Assembly (NCBI GenBank): GCA_050084985.1
Contig: JBITNC010000001.1
Span: 72,292,001-72,356,000 of the forward strand
Origin: Nageia nagi
Lineage: Eukaryota; Plantae; Pinophyta
DNA length: 64,000 nt
Direction of reading: 5' to 3'
The position numbers were made by a program, and so were the translations under genes. Positions within the stretch are counted from its first letter, which is position 1. Each line of letters opens with the position of its first letter. This document shows, piece by piece, positions 39,191 through 52,585 of the stretch. The notes under the pieces were generated by a model. The model was not told the origin of the DNA, did no database searches, and saw only the letters and a list, made by a program, of their open reading frames with translations.

Positions 39191-41803
39191 CTTTGTTGCT
39201 GGTGGAAGAAAAAAAAACAGTAACAATAGAAGAAAAATATTAAAAACAATGGCAATATCAGTAAAATACTGAAAACATAGCCCACACTTTTGTTGTTGTT
39301 GCTCACAAGTTTGTCCGCTTTTCTGGGAATGCTCTTCTAGCTATCCAAAGCTCTCCTTGCTGCTGTCCAAAGCTCTCCTTGCTGCTTGCTGGGAATGCTC
39401 CAATGCTTTTTGAAGAATGAATGAATGAAGTGTTTTCTATTTTCTTATAGTTGCTTTTAGGGTTTCATATTTTACTTATTTTTTATTCTAATGACTTAAA
39501 AGTAGGACCCACGAACTTTTATGGAGGAAAAATGCAAAAAATGTGTCATTTTAACTTGCACCTGTCGGAAACGCCAATCCAAAGTCAGAAACGCAATGGA
39601 AACGCGTTTCCAAGTTGGGAAACTTTTCCGACTTCGGAAACATCTTGGGAAACGTGTTTCTCTCGTTTCGTCCCCGTTTCCGCGTTTCGTGGAGTTTTTG
39701 GTGCGGGTACGAGGCTTGGGATGGAGTTTTCTACAACTTAGCATTCAATATATACATACCTTATTACTCCAAAAAATATAATATTATCTTTCAGATTTTA
39801 ATTTCAAAAGGATAAGAATTTGACTTTAACAAGATTTGAACTCAAGACCTCCCTTGAACAATCAAATCTCTTTACCAATACACCACTCAACCTTTCTTGT
39901 TATGTAAGTGTAACTTTGTTCTTAAAACTCAACCTTTTGTGTTATTTAAGTGTAACTTTGTTCTTAAAACTCCAATTCTCAGATTTGAAATCAGATTTTT
40001 AAAAAACAGATTCTAGGCAATATTAAAATATGATGGCCAATTAATTCAAACACTATTCTTCCATTAAACTGGCGCATCAGATTAAGTTCACAAACAAAAT
40101 TCAAAAACCAGTGTGCATCATTTAATCTTCCAATCAATTCGATTTCAATATATTAAAAATGCCAAACTGTCAAACACAAACCTAAAACGATGTGCAGCAC
40201 TTTCCACCACTGTCAGGCAGGTTTATTCTTGCGCCACACCAGACCACAATCTAATCTGGCTGATTGTAGACGTTTCAGTGCAAAACGACATCCAAAAAGT
40301 AAAAAAAAAGAATATCAAGTCCACGTCATACAATCCACTTGTACAACGTCAAGCACTGATGGATCCAATTCGAGTCCTTACAGAATCAAAGTCTGGCAAT
40401 ATTCAAACAATATTCTGACAATGTTAAACAATGTTGGCGCCCTCTGTCACAAATGCGTGCCCTTTCTGTCTCTTGTTCTGGCAGGTTTCTGTCTGAAACT
40501 CCTCACGCTCTGAAGTTAAATAATAATGGACATTCAAACAGTATCACTACAGTCCAAGAAAAACGCAAACACCTCCTAGGCAGCCATGTTATCATGTTGG
40601 GTTCACCAAACTCTGATCCAGATTTAACACTGCAGGCACTTCACTCCATAAACACTTCCATGCCCTCTTTCACATCTGGTCTTGGCAACAAGTCTCTGCA
40701 CAATTCAGCACACACACTTCAACAGTACGGAAAAAGCATGGAGTTTGTACCATTGCTCTGGTACCACTGAAAGAGGCCCATGGGATCTGAACAAAACTCC
40801 ATGATATATTGAATGAGAGAGATCCTGATTACAATGAGACACTCCTATTTGAAGGAGGCAAAGAGAGAGGTTACGGGAGGAACTACCACATAATCAAATA
40901 ATATTATTAACCAAAAATACAAAACATTATTATTAAATAAAACACCTAATATATTCAGATTAGGGTTGTTAACATACTGTAGGTCACAATAATAAACTGC
41001 TTCATAATTTTATATTTTGATTGGTGTATTTTTATTGTTGTTCATAGCTTTAGCTGTTGCATGTGATCGCTTTTTTTTTGAATCTACACCCTACAAATGT
41101 AGAAAGAAAACAAGAAGGCATAAATAAAGTGGATAAACTAATCATATTTTTAAAGCAATTGGAGAACCTTGGTACTTGCAATAGGCATGCATAATCCAAT
41201 TGAAAATGAAGAATCCATGTTTTCTCTTTGGCTAACAAGCTAAGTAGTACATATTCAAGCCAAACACTTTCTTATTCCTCAAAAGGCATGTTTAGTCTAG
41301 ATTACCTCACCTATGTGGGGAGATCCTCTTAAATGTTGATTAACTGGATCATATTTCTATTCTGGTAATAAATTTTTCATCAGATCCTAGGTCACTTCCA
41401 AGATAAGTTGATACTTGTAATATGCAGTAAAATACCAAGATTTTTGATAATAAGTGGATATGATACAGATATGATTAGAGGATCTGCATAGTTTGTGTAT
41501 TTGTGATACAGATTCATGTGAAAATTTGAGCTGTTAAACAGAAGAGAGAAATCCCAACCCTTTGAAGATTGGTAATACCTGCTTTTATTGCTTGATGACA
41601 TGATGCATAAGAATGCCTTGATCCTGTTGAGACATAATATGTTTGTATTTTGTGCTTTTTTATCTGCACTGTAATATTCTGTTTCAAAACTTGAGAGAGT
41701 CTTAAGAGTTGAATATAGCTATCTTTCTCTTAACAATAACAATCTTTTAGTGTTCAAATCTTGGTTGTTTTCTCCATTATTAACATATTACAATGGATTT
41801 CAG

Positions 41804-41902
41804 GCTTCTATGGCATGGACATCAGGTTATGTATCGACAACTAGCAGCTTGGATGGTCTATGGTATCCTTCAGGATCAACATGGAGAATTTTTTATTAGC
41901 AG
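41804..41902 (+). CDS. GCP4: GCP4 internal exon (R-LLWHGHQVMYRQLAAWMVYGILQDQHGEFFIS-R)
   Basis: Acceptor tttcag|G, donor GCAG|gtaaac. 99 nt. Phase 2 matches the previous exon (AG+G=Arg). Continues the GCP4 motif LLW.GHQVMY.QLAAWMVYGILQD..GEFFI. Confidence 0.93.
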
Positions 41903-43630
41903 GTAAACATTTGTCAGCATCTTTATTGAATGACTTATTAGTTTCCATATTCCTGGAAATAACTCTAATAAGACCAAGTAAACCCCTTGGCAGAAAGCGC
42001 AAACTAGGAAAACACTGTAGATTGGCTTTGCTCAAGTATTTTATCAACTCTGTGAAGGATGGCATAAAATCTTACAAATAGTAGCCCTTCAATTTGCATC
42101 AAATAAGGATTCAGATTCATATTTTGGTCCAGAACCTTAGACTTTTAGAAGTTTTAAAATCATATGTTAGCCTTGGTGTTTTTTCACTAAGTAGGAGGAG
42201 GAATATATTTGGGGCCTTACCATCACAAGAAATGACCAGTTTTATTTATGAAAACAAACAGTGACCATAAAAAGCTAACCATAGCAGTGTCAAACCCAAT
42301 TAAGCTGACAACTTCTATAACTATTGCCTTGTAAAACACAATCTGGGGAATCCCTAAAAACCATCTACTATCTTTGAAATTTCACAAAACAAAACAACCA
42401 GTTGGTTGTAAAGACAATCACAAAGACCTCACACCTGGAACTAGGGACCCAAAATGTCCAAAGACAAAGAGAGAGTGGTTGAAAAATCCCAGTCAGAGCA
42501 GCCATGTGGGTTGGAACACTTATGGAATCTTTGTCTTGGCTAGACTCCAGTTCAACGAACATTGGCACTGCTGAGGCTCACTGCAGCCTGTCACAATCAT
42601 GGTCACTCTCATTCGGCACCAGTGCCATTACCTCAACTCTTGGCACTATCTTCACTGGCACTAACTCAAGTTCTACCATCTCTAATGCTGCTGCTGCCAA
42701 TGCCACCCTGGGCAGTTCTACCAATGGATGCACCACCCACCAAACCACCAACTCCATCTACCTCATATAGACTTCCTCTCAAAGGAAGCCCCCCACCACT
42801 TTCAGCACCATATCTCCATGGCAGAAGGCTGTAAATAGATTATAGTGTAATACACAGTATTGTTGGATGCCTAAATGCCTCAAGCTGGAAATTGTTGTGC
42901 TAAAACACAACATGCCTCAAACTTTGCAATTTTGGGGACCCAACCATTTTGCTAAAGTCGTGATCACTAGAAGCTAGAGTCTCATCTCACCTTGTGATAT
43001 TCATTTAAAACCCCATTAAGAACCAAGTGTTGTACATCCCTCCCATTCATAGTCATGATGAACCCATATTTTAAGATATCCAAAATTGACTAAGTCTGGA
43101 AGATAGGAGAGTCTAGGGAACCATGTAAGATAACATACCAGTCCTAAAGCCTAAAAATTTGACTAAGTGTCTCAAAAGTTGTCAATGTCAAAGTCTAATC
43201 TTTCTTTTTGGTGCACTTAGGAGACAAAGAAAAAGAAGGTTGAGCGCAGGACTAAAGAAGACAAATTCATGACTTTTATAGGCATGCGCCTAGCCAGGAA
43301 GAGCCTCAAGACGAAATGATGATGGTCAAAATGCAAAGTTACGGCCTTTAGAAGGAATCTCCAGTCAAATGAAGGGCTAAAGGGCTAAGCGCATGATTTC
43401 AAAAGTCATAATTATGACTTTTTGAAGCTTGTGCCTAAGACAAGGAGACATGAGGACCAAGTGCATGAAAGAAAAAGACAAGATGTTGACTTCTTGGAGC
43501 ATGCATTGGGTTTTGATGAGGTTCCAAGTGATTTTAAGATGAAAAAGTGGCTAAGGCAAGGACCTAGGAGCATCAAGAAGGTCTTAGAAACACACAAGAA
43601 CCCAACGCATGGATAAAAAAGACAATTTTA

Positions 43631-46600
43631 CAGTGTTCCACACGCCTGGGGAACGGGGATACGGGGGAACGCGGGAACGCGTATCCGGGAACGGCGGGGA
43701 AAAAATAGGGTCTTTTGGGGAACGGCAGGGAACGGCTAGGGAACGGCAAACATAATACTAGTAAAAATTATTAGATTTTTAAGAGTATCATTTCCAATTC
43801 ATTTTTATTATGATGAATGATCATATTATCAAATTTAATTATGTATGATGTATACAAAATTACAAATTAAAAACACGGAATCGAAATTACTCAATTAGAA
43901 ATTCAACTTCATAGCCCATCAAATTAAAAAAGCCCAAGGGTAAACCACTAAACCGTAAATCTGATAACACAATCATAATGTCATAGGCCATAGCCCATAG
44001 GTCTGAAAGACTGAATGAAATACATAGATGGGACATCAGTATGTCGAATACGGAATACGAATAAGTGTTTGAATAACAAAATGAAAATGCCAAAATATTA
44101 AATAACCACTATAGTCTATGGATCTATAGGCTCATGTGCTAATGGTTGTGCATCCATATCCTCCTCATCTGTTGAGCTATCTGACGATATGCTCTCATCA
44201 TCCAAATGAAGAGTATGCAATGGCAATCCAAACATCGACTCATCAGCCTCATCATCATCAGCCTCAAGCTGGCCTGCCTCCACTGGATCAATGTCCCAAC
44301 GTGCAGCTGGACTAGCTCTATACTCTGGCGTAACTCTCTCACTAAGGCGAAGAGAGCTATGCACTGCAACTAACTTCTCTGCTCTACGAGAAGTAAGTCT
44401 ATTCCTTCGCAGACTATGGATGAAGCCATAGGTAGACCAATTTCTCTCCGCAGCAGATGAACTACCCACCTACAAACAATCATTCAAATTAGATTTTTCA
44501 TTTTTGATTATGTGAGAAAGGAGCATAGTACAATACTTAATGGCATGGCAATGGCATCTACTAACCTGGGAAAGGAGCCTAATCGCAAGATGCTTCAAGT
44601 GTGGAGCATCATCTCCATATAGCTCCCACCATCCAATGGGATCAGTTTGGGCAATGGTAGCCCTATCCTCCTTGCACTCTTGCCTGCTAAAACGAGGACC
44701 CTTAAGTCTCACAAATTTTACAAACTCCTCTCTAACTATACGACCATCCTCTCGTGAAAACATCTTGGCAAGGAAGTTCATGAACCCATCTTTCAACTCA
44801 ACATCATCATTAGGTGCCATTTTCCCAATCTTTGGTGCATACCATTTTGGGTTCAACACATGGGCAGCCATATGGAGAGGGGTATTCATTTTATTCCACC
44901 TACAAAAAGTTAAAAAAAATAATTTAATAAACTTAAAGACAAAAGTTAACAAACCAAATTGAAACTAAACTAAGTTAACAATCAACATTTGTTTTTGTTA
45001 CCTCTTCTCTATGATGGGTCTAATATGGCCTTCATAAAAAGAAGGATCTTTGGCATTAATTATTCTTTTCATTTCCCCAAGCATGCTATCGAAGGTCTCG
45101 TATATCTCTCCTAAATTAGGAGAATCCGTATCGGCATACCTTATCACTTCAAAAACTGGGGAAATAAAAGATACAATGTACCTACATTCAAAAAAAAAAA
45201 GAGTTAAAAAACTTAGAAAGTTAAATCTAATTGAACAATTACCTAATGACCAATCCAACTTGAAATTCAAACTACAATAGTGAAACTTTCAAACTTTGTT
45301 ACCTGGCTTCAGTCCACCAATTCTCATCCAAGACTTTATCTCTAAGTCTTTTTCCCTCCTGTGTTTGAGATTCTGGCCACCTCTTCCATTCTACACAAAC
45401 TACCATGGATTGTAGTGCCTCCTGCACCTCAATCATCCTTTGCAATAGGATGAAATAAGTGGCATATCTCGTATCTGCAGGTTTAAGAAACTCCTTCTTT
45501 GAGAAGGAGCGAAAGAGGGCCAATGAGGTATGATGGTTGCAAATAAACATTTGCAAGTCTCTCGCTTCTGCAACAACATTCTTCACCCAATCTATTTTCC
45601 CAATGTCCTTCAATGCATTATTCAATGCATGAACGCAACATGGGGTCCAAAAAATATGCCTGTAAGTGCCCTCTATCAATTTTCCTGCACGCTTGCAAAC
45701 AGGGGCTGCATCTGTAATTATCTGTACAAAAAAAATTAAAACGTTACAGTTTGCCGTTTGGCATTTTTACAACAAATGTCAAAAAATAAATTAGAGAACT
45801 AAAAGTAAAGTTTAAAGTTTTAAAATTTAAACTTAGTAAAGTGATTACCTGGACAACATTGGAGGATCCAACCTCCTCAATAGCCTCCTTCAACAGGAGG
45901 AACTGGAACTCTGCATCCTTTTTTTTTCCCGAGCAATCAACAGCTCGAAGAAAATAAGGACCCTCTGAACATGACACCATTATATTGATGAGTGGACGTT
46001 GACGAATGTCAGTCCATCCATCCATAATAATGGAACATCCACTACGCACCCATGTAGCCTTCATCTCCGACATCATCAAACTGCATCTACTATACTGCTT
46101 CTCCAAAATAGAAGTACGGAGTCTAGTCTCGCCAGGTAGTACATATGAAGGTCCAGCCAACCTTACTTCCTCAAATGCTGCCCTCAAGTAAGGTGAGCGT
46201 GCAAGATGAAAAGGCAAGGCATGTGCATAAAATAATCTTCCCACTGCATCATCAGCTCTCTCTTTCTGCTGCAAGTTTAATGCTTCAGCTATATTTCCTC
46301 TTTTTTTGGAGGGGAATGTAGGACTTGGCAAGCTAGAAGAGAGTCCAATTTCTTTTTCTCTAACTGATGAGGAGGAGGAAACAATGGAGGCTTGGGTAGA
46401 TTTAGGAATGGCCAGCCCATGATTCCTAAGGTAAGCCTCTTGTGCAAGCCTACTAGCTTCTGCAAACATAAATTTATTCATTTCTTTACAAACCCTCACC
46501 CCTGCCCCTTGTTTATCAGTCAAATGTGATTCAATCCTAGTATAACTCCCTTTAAATGTGGAGTTACAAATGTGACATTTATAAGTTCTTGCTCCCCCTT

Positions 46601-47508
46601 CAATCTTTTTCCCAGCATCTAGGTTTGTGACAAACTGTAACTGTGGTTTTTTAGAATTAAATGGGCCTTTAGCAAAATGTTTTAACATTGTGGATGGGCA
46701 ATCAAAGATTGATGTGTTTTCTTGCTCATTTTCAACTCCCATTTGTGATGTTTCTACCTCATAGCTTTGATTTTCTTCCTCAATATCACTCATCTTGGAC
46801 TGTTTTTTTTTTAAAAACTACAAGTAAAGTTTAAAATTTAAACTAAACAAGTAGAGAATGAGAAACAGAAAATTAAAAACCTTGGATTGTGCTAAGTAAT
46901 TTTCTTCTCCTCCTTGGCTTTTCTCCACTACACTGCTGTGTTTCTCTTCCTCCCTCCTTGCTCTTTCTCCTCACTGCTGTGTTTCTCTTCCTCCCTCCTT
47001 GCTCTTTCTCCTCACTGCTGTTTTTTTTCTTCTGTTTGCTGTCTTTCTCTTCCTCTTTGCTGTCTTTCTCCTCTACACAAAGACAAATGATAACAAAATC
47101 ACTTTTAGCCTTTTAGAGGAGCTTTTTAGGGTTAAGGGGGGTGCAAAGTAAGGTGGGACCCATGCTAGGAGGTTTAAAATTTTTTTTTTTAAGTGAATCT
47201 GTTTTTTTTTTGAGCTTTAAGCTCTCAGCTGCGCGGGGAACGCCGGACGTCCCCGGGAACGGTCGGGGAACGGCGGCCGTTCCCTGGCCGTTCCCGGGGA
47301 CGGCCAGCCGTTCCCTGGCCGTTCCCGATCAGGGGGACGGTCGGGGAACGTTCCCCCTTCCCCGGGAGCCGTCTCGGGAACGGCCCCCAGCCGTCCCCAA
47401 AAGGGGAACGGCTGGGAAACGTTTCCCAAGGCGTTCCCGCGTTCCCAAAACGTGGGAACGTCGGGAACGGCTCCTCCAGGAGGGGGAACGCGTCCCCGTG
47501 GAACACTG
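43631..47508 (-). mobile_element. hAT DNA transposon 3, putatively autonomous (3878 bp)
   Basis: Perfect 11-bp TIR CAGTGTTCCAC. Perfect 8-bp TSD caatttta. Dense CpG-rich GGGAACG subterminal repeats. Confidence 0.96.
44116..46793 (-). CDS. hAT transposase, 5 exons (46793-45849, 45721-45303, 45181-45002, 44899-44566, 44469-44116), 743 aa, apparently intact
   Basis: All introns are GT-AG with compatible phases (0, 2, 2, 0). Total 2232 nt, with no internal stop seen. BED finger YKCHIC..SYTRIESHL, catalytic D in IMDGWTD and ITDAA, CCVH, and E in AAERNWS. Confidence 0.88.
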
Positions 47509-50506
47509 CAATTTTATAACTTTCTTGAGCATGCGCTTGGCTTGAGGGTGAGGATGTGACCAAGGTGTGATCTTGAGAGTACCCAAACCAGCCCAACGGA
47601 CACAATGAGGAGAGCGTATGACAAAAAGAGTCATAATCATGACTTTTGAAAGCATACATCTGGCTTAGAAGGGCTCCTAGACAAACATGAAGGTGAAAAT
47701 ATGATTTTGAAATGCATGCACTTGACTTGGATGGCATTCCAAGAGGCTTCAAGGTGAAAAATTGGCTAAGTCCTAATCTTGGAGTATCAAGACCAACTTG
47801 AAATGGCATAAAGGGAGAAGCGCATGGGTAGAAAAGTCATATTTATGACTTTTCAAGGGATGCGCTTGGTAAAGGAAGTACCAAGGAGGTGAGCGCATGC
47901 CAGAAAAAGACATAATCATGACTTTCTAAAGCATGCACCTGAGATGAAGAGTATTTCGGGTGACAACATGAAAATTCGACTAAGGCATGAGGAAAAGAGT
48001 ATCAAAATCAGCCCGAAGCCACACTAGAAGGAATGCGCATGACAAAAAAAAGTCATAAATATGACTTTTTGGGGCATGCGCTCAAAGCAGGAGAGCTCCA
48101 GGATTGATCCAGGGTGAAAAAAATGACTAAAGGTGAACCCTGAAGCACCAAAGACTACTCAAAGTTCCACAAGGAGGCAACACATGAATAAAAAAGAGAG
48201 AATTGTGACTTTTTGGAGCATGCACCTAGCCAAGAAAGCCGCCTAGAGGGGTTTAAAGCGAAAATTTGACTAAGTATACTTATCAAAAGCAACGAAGAGC
48301 CACCCAGAGGGATGAGCACATCACTTCAAAAGACAAGATAATGACTTTCTCAAGGATGCACTCAAGCTAGGAAGACACCAAGCCTAGGTGCATGAGGGAA
48401 AAAGACAAGATTGTGACTTTTTGAGACATGCACCATGCTCCAAGAAGCTAGTTTTTGAAGACAGAGTGTCCCAGACTGTCCTAATGATGCATACAAGTTA
48501 CCAAATCACCCTTGCAAGTGCCAGAAGGTGAAGTGTTCAAGTCAAGTGTTGCAAAGGCGAAGGAGATGGACGAATTCATGAGTACTAGTTGGATGGAGGT
48601 GTTGCACTTGAGATGCAACAATTTTAATTTCATTTTATTTTGCATAATTTTTATTTCAATTTGGATCTCAAAATATTATTCATTTTGATTGAACCTTGTG
48701 ATGGATGAGCGTTTGCTCCCACAAGTGCTGAACTTAATTTTGTACCACCATGTGGCATGTCTTTATAGGACCACTAGTAATTAGGTTTTATTTCAAGTAA
48801 TTTCATTTGAATTTGCATAGGGTTAGGGAAACAATTAGGGTTGCCAACCAAAACTATTTATAGCCGTAGAGGGCTCATTTGCAAAAGAAGATGATCATTT
48901 TACTCAAGAGGAGCTACTTTGAACTTGCTAATATTTTTAACACTCTCTCATATGTGAGTGTTGTGCATGATTTAATCAAACTAAGACTTGTTTCACTTAA
49001 TTGGATTGTGAATTTGAGTACTTGTACTCGGTGTTTATTTGTGGTTGTTACATGGCTTGTGGGCATTCCTTGTGAGTGTAAGCTTGTGGGGAAGTTGAAT
49101 GAATATGTTAAGAAGTTGTTGATTGCCATTTGATGAACATTATTCACTCTTTCGCATGTAGATGGATGTATGTTAGAGAAGTTCTTCCTATGTCATTTGG
49201 TTTGACATGCTGTTCATGTTGTTGCACTTAGTAACATTGCTTTAGTCTCCGTCTTGTTCACAACTTGGACCTGGTCATTTGTGACAAGGATTGAATAAGT
49301 GGGTAGACACTTCATAATAAACCCGGGAGGAAAGCTATCTGACCCCTGATATATTGGTGGACTTGTCATTGGATGTACTCACCTTGTATGCCACCATCCC
49401 CCTTTTACACTTTCTTTTTTCCTTTACCTTGTTATTTTTCCTTTTTTTATCGATCAAAAGTCTATCCTTTCAATTGGTGCAAGACAACTCCAGTGCCCAT
49501 TGTAAAACGTGTTTAACAGTTGTTGTCTCTCCTCCCACTGAGCGTTCCAAGTATAGCTATTGTCATAGTCGCATAAGACATCTCATGATCCTAGAAACCT
49601 TGGGGTAATCAGTCCTTGCAAGCATAGATTAGGAACGCAATCTCACTCATATGTTGGGTGCCCTTTTCCTGTTATCACTTAAGTGATCTTCGTAAGTGGA
49701 AAGAAAAACATCCCGACAGAAATGATTTTGGCATTAGCCTGTAAGCAATTGCAGAAATTTTCTGGGACAGATTGTAGTGGACATTGTCAATTCTTTTATC
49801 CATATATGAGAGGAATTCCTTGAGGATGAGGGGTTTATGCTTCAGACTTACTTTTTGCATAAACTGTAACTACCTCATTTTGCACCATTGCACACATATT
49901 GTGATCAAAGATGGTATAGCAGATAATACTCTCAGATCTCTTGGTAACAACAAATCATCATTAAACATAGTGCATAGAAAATCCCTCACTCAGAGGACTG
50001 TTACTCCCAAACACTTCTCCAACATTTTGATCATTGGGGTGGCTGGAGAAAGGCATGTCCCACCCTGGTACCACCACCTTGATTTGGACTTCCTTTATGC
50101 TGCTGAATAATGGGTGCTTGACTTGACAAATGCCACCACCCTATCTTCTCTAGATATGTAGTCTCCAACTCACTAACGGTTTAATTTCAGACCAAGAGAC
50201 TATTATGCTGAAGCAATGAAACCACTACCCTGAGAAGAAATCCTTTTATGGTTGATGCAGTACCTAGCTTTGGCCTTAAACAAAAAGATACTTCAAAGTT
50301 CACATCATCAAAAAATGCATGTGAAGCCAATTGTTAGCTTCCTAGTATAATTAAGGTTTATGTTTTAATCTCCCTCTAGTGTAAGGTTATTAAGATGGAA
50401 GGTAAGNNNNNNNNNNNNNNNNNNNNNNNNNNNNNNNNNNNNNNNNNNNNNNNNNNNNNNNNNNNNNNNNNNNNNNNNNNNNNNNNNNNNNNNNNNNNNN
50501 NNNNNN

Positions 50507-51080
50507 GTGCAACGCCCTCTCTCTTAGGGTCTTTTTTCCCGGGGATCAATCCATCACTTAGAATCATTTTTACTTTAGTGATGCATCCAACTTGGGGGAA
50601 AAATATTACATTAGAGGTTTTAAATGCCTCGGGTCCCAAAAATTACATTCAAAAGGGCTAGGAATATGCAACAATATTTACAAAATAATATTCCCTTTGA
50701 TTTACAATTTCAACAATATTTTGCACCCCTTAAGTGGCCCCACACATTTACAAATTTAGGCAAATTAAAATAACAATAAATACCCTAGAGCCCAAATGCC
50801 CCTTGTTGGAGACCCCCAAATGGAACTTACATAATAATGGGCCAAAATTTTTAAGATACTTAATTAGATATAAATCCACCAAAATTATTGAAATAGAAAT
50901 TGCACTTCCCTAGGAGAATTTCAAAAAGCCATATTTCCTTCTTTCTTGAGGAAACCATGTTTGTAACCGGTCAAAACGTTTGGCATGGATATTTTATCTA
51001 TTTCGGTGACAAATCAACAATTCTGGGCTTAGGACGATGGATATTTTTTTTGGACCAAAATTGAGGGGAACCCTCAAAAT
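50507..51080 (-). mobile_element. Possible L1 LINE ORF2 remnant
   Basis: Degenerate - strand peptide pieces (KFLAHYYVSSIW) reminiscent of the post-RT region of plant L1. Weak. Confidence 0.3.
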
Positions 51081-52585
51081 TTGAGAATTTACAACTAAAC
51101 TATCTTGCAGATTGCATGTTCTACTGATTTTGAGTTCCTTCTAATATGACAAATCCAGAAGACTGAGATTGATTGTTAGCATTGTTCTATCAGTCTTATT
51201 GTATGTTGCAGTCCAGAACTATATCTTGATGAAAAAATCTTTTAAGTAGTTAAATATAGGAACTATATACTTTTTCAACTCCTTGTTCCTGATTTTGCGG
51301 TGGAGTGCACTTCTCTCTTAATGAGTCCATTTCATTCTTTTAGAATATAATATCACAACTTGGCTTTCTAGTTGCTAGAATTCTCTTCTCTGATGGTATT
51401 GGAGGGGATGATAATGCACAATGTTTGGATTACTTTGAAATGTGTAAATTTTGCATAATAATTACATGTCGGTTACAAAACTAATAGCTGGGTACTGCTC
51501 AACTACTTAAACACCTCAAACCAACTGATAAACTACTTAACCATGTTGACAACATAATTGTATGGCTAATACAGTGTTCAATATAGGATGCATCATTCCA
51601 TTGATAGCAACATCAACAATCAGGATCACAATGTTATCAGCCAGGCATTTAACATAGAGTCAATTTAGAATGACTCCATAAAACCATTAATCAGTTGATG
51701 AAGTGAGTTGAACCACAGGAGTTAAGCAAGCCAAAAATATTTACTGGAACATATTGTTGACCAGATGAAAAACAGTAATTGGAGAAGCAACTAGTATGAT
51801 GGATAGGAATGCTACTTAAACCTTTGGCTAATGGGATGAACCATTAACACCACTCATTTGAATGTTCTGGAATTAATTAACCACCAAAGCAATATTGGAT
51901 ATATAATGAGTAAATATTGGATATCATCTTTTCTTCTTGAGTTTCTTGCCAATATTGTTATTTTAACTTCTTGTTTTCTTATGCTTGTAGATTTTTTTTT
52001 TCTCCTTTTCTATGCTGTGATTGAATCTTCTCTGTTCAATCTTCCTGACCTTGTACCTACATTGTACTTGTTCTAGCAACCAATTGGATGCTGTAAAATG
52101 TTTGCCTCATGTTCACAGTATAACCTGTCCTTTCTAATATTGGATGCTGTAAATTATAACCGAGTATCTAAATGCTAAATTTTACATGGATGAATTTTCA
52201 ATATGATTGAAATTGAAATGGCTCTGAACTCCAATTGTTCTGAAGGTCTTTGTAACTTGATGTTTTACTTGGCTAACATCGTTGCATGATTTATAGTGTT
52301 TCTCAGATTGCAATTCACAAGTATTTTGTAGTACAATGTCCATTTCTATATGTTTGAGGTGCCAACTAGGGCACATCGATCCTCTTTATTTTTAGGAGAC
52401 CTTTGTATTAGCCATGTTCATAAGTCTGTTAAAGATGGGACCTGGATCTGCTTTTTGATAGGAATCGAATACAGTGAAAGCTTTAATAACATTCTTCAAT
52501 TATAAACATGATTAAGATATCGTGTCTTATTTTTTTTCTGTTTGATACATTGTAGGTTATAATTATGTTCTTTTTCAAAATGCAG

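Larger units (their letters stand above)
36334..39741 (-). mobile_element. hAT DNA transposon 2 (full-length, transposase disrupted)
   Basis: TIR CTAAGTTGCACAAAAC / rc CTAAGTTGTAGAAAAC. Perfect 8-bp TSD cattcaat (36326-36333, 39742-39749). GAAACG subterminal repeats. Confidence 0.93.
36063..40974 (-). mobile_element. Small non-autonomous LTR element (TRIM-like; 206/207-bp LTRs at 36063-36268 and 40768-40974) interrupted by hAT-2
   Basis: Near-identical TG...CA LTRs. PBS TGGTACCAGAGC on - (40755-40766). PPT AGGGGGGGAA on - next to 36268. TSD tacta/tactg. About 1.1 kb non-coding interior. Confidence 0.9.
42893..49718 (+). mobile_element. Solo-LTR-like element D (~2.9 kb net, no ORF), interrupted by hAT-3
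   Basis: TGTTGTGCTAAAACACAACA...GGAAAGAAAAACATCCCGACA. Perfect 5-bp TSD gaaat (42888-42892, 49719-49723). tagggttaggg at about 48818 and TATTTATA at about 48855. Degenerate gcgcatg...aaaagtcataatcatgactttt repeats. Confidence 0.85.

Noticed and set aside
47141-47809. GC-rich ORFs of 108-194 aa
   Set aside because: They are translations of hAT-3 GGGAAC subterminal repeats.
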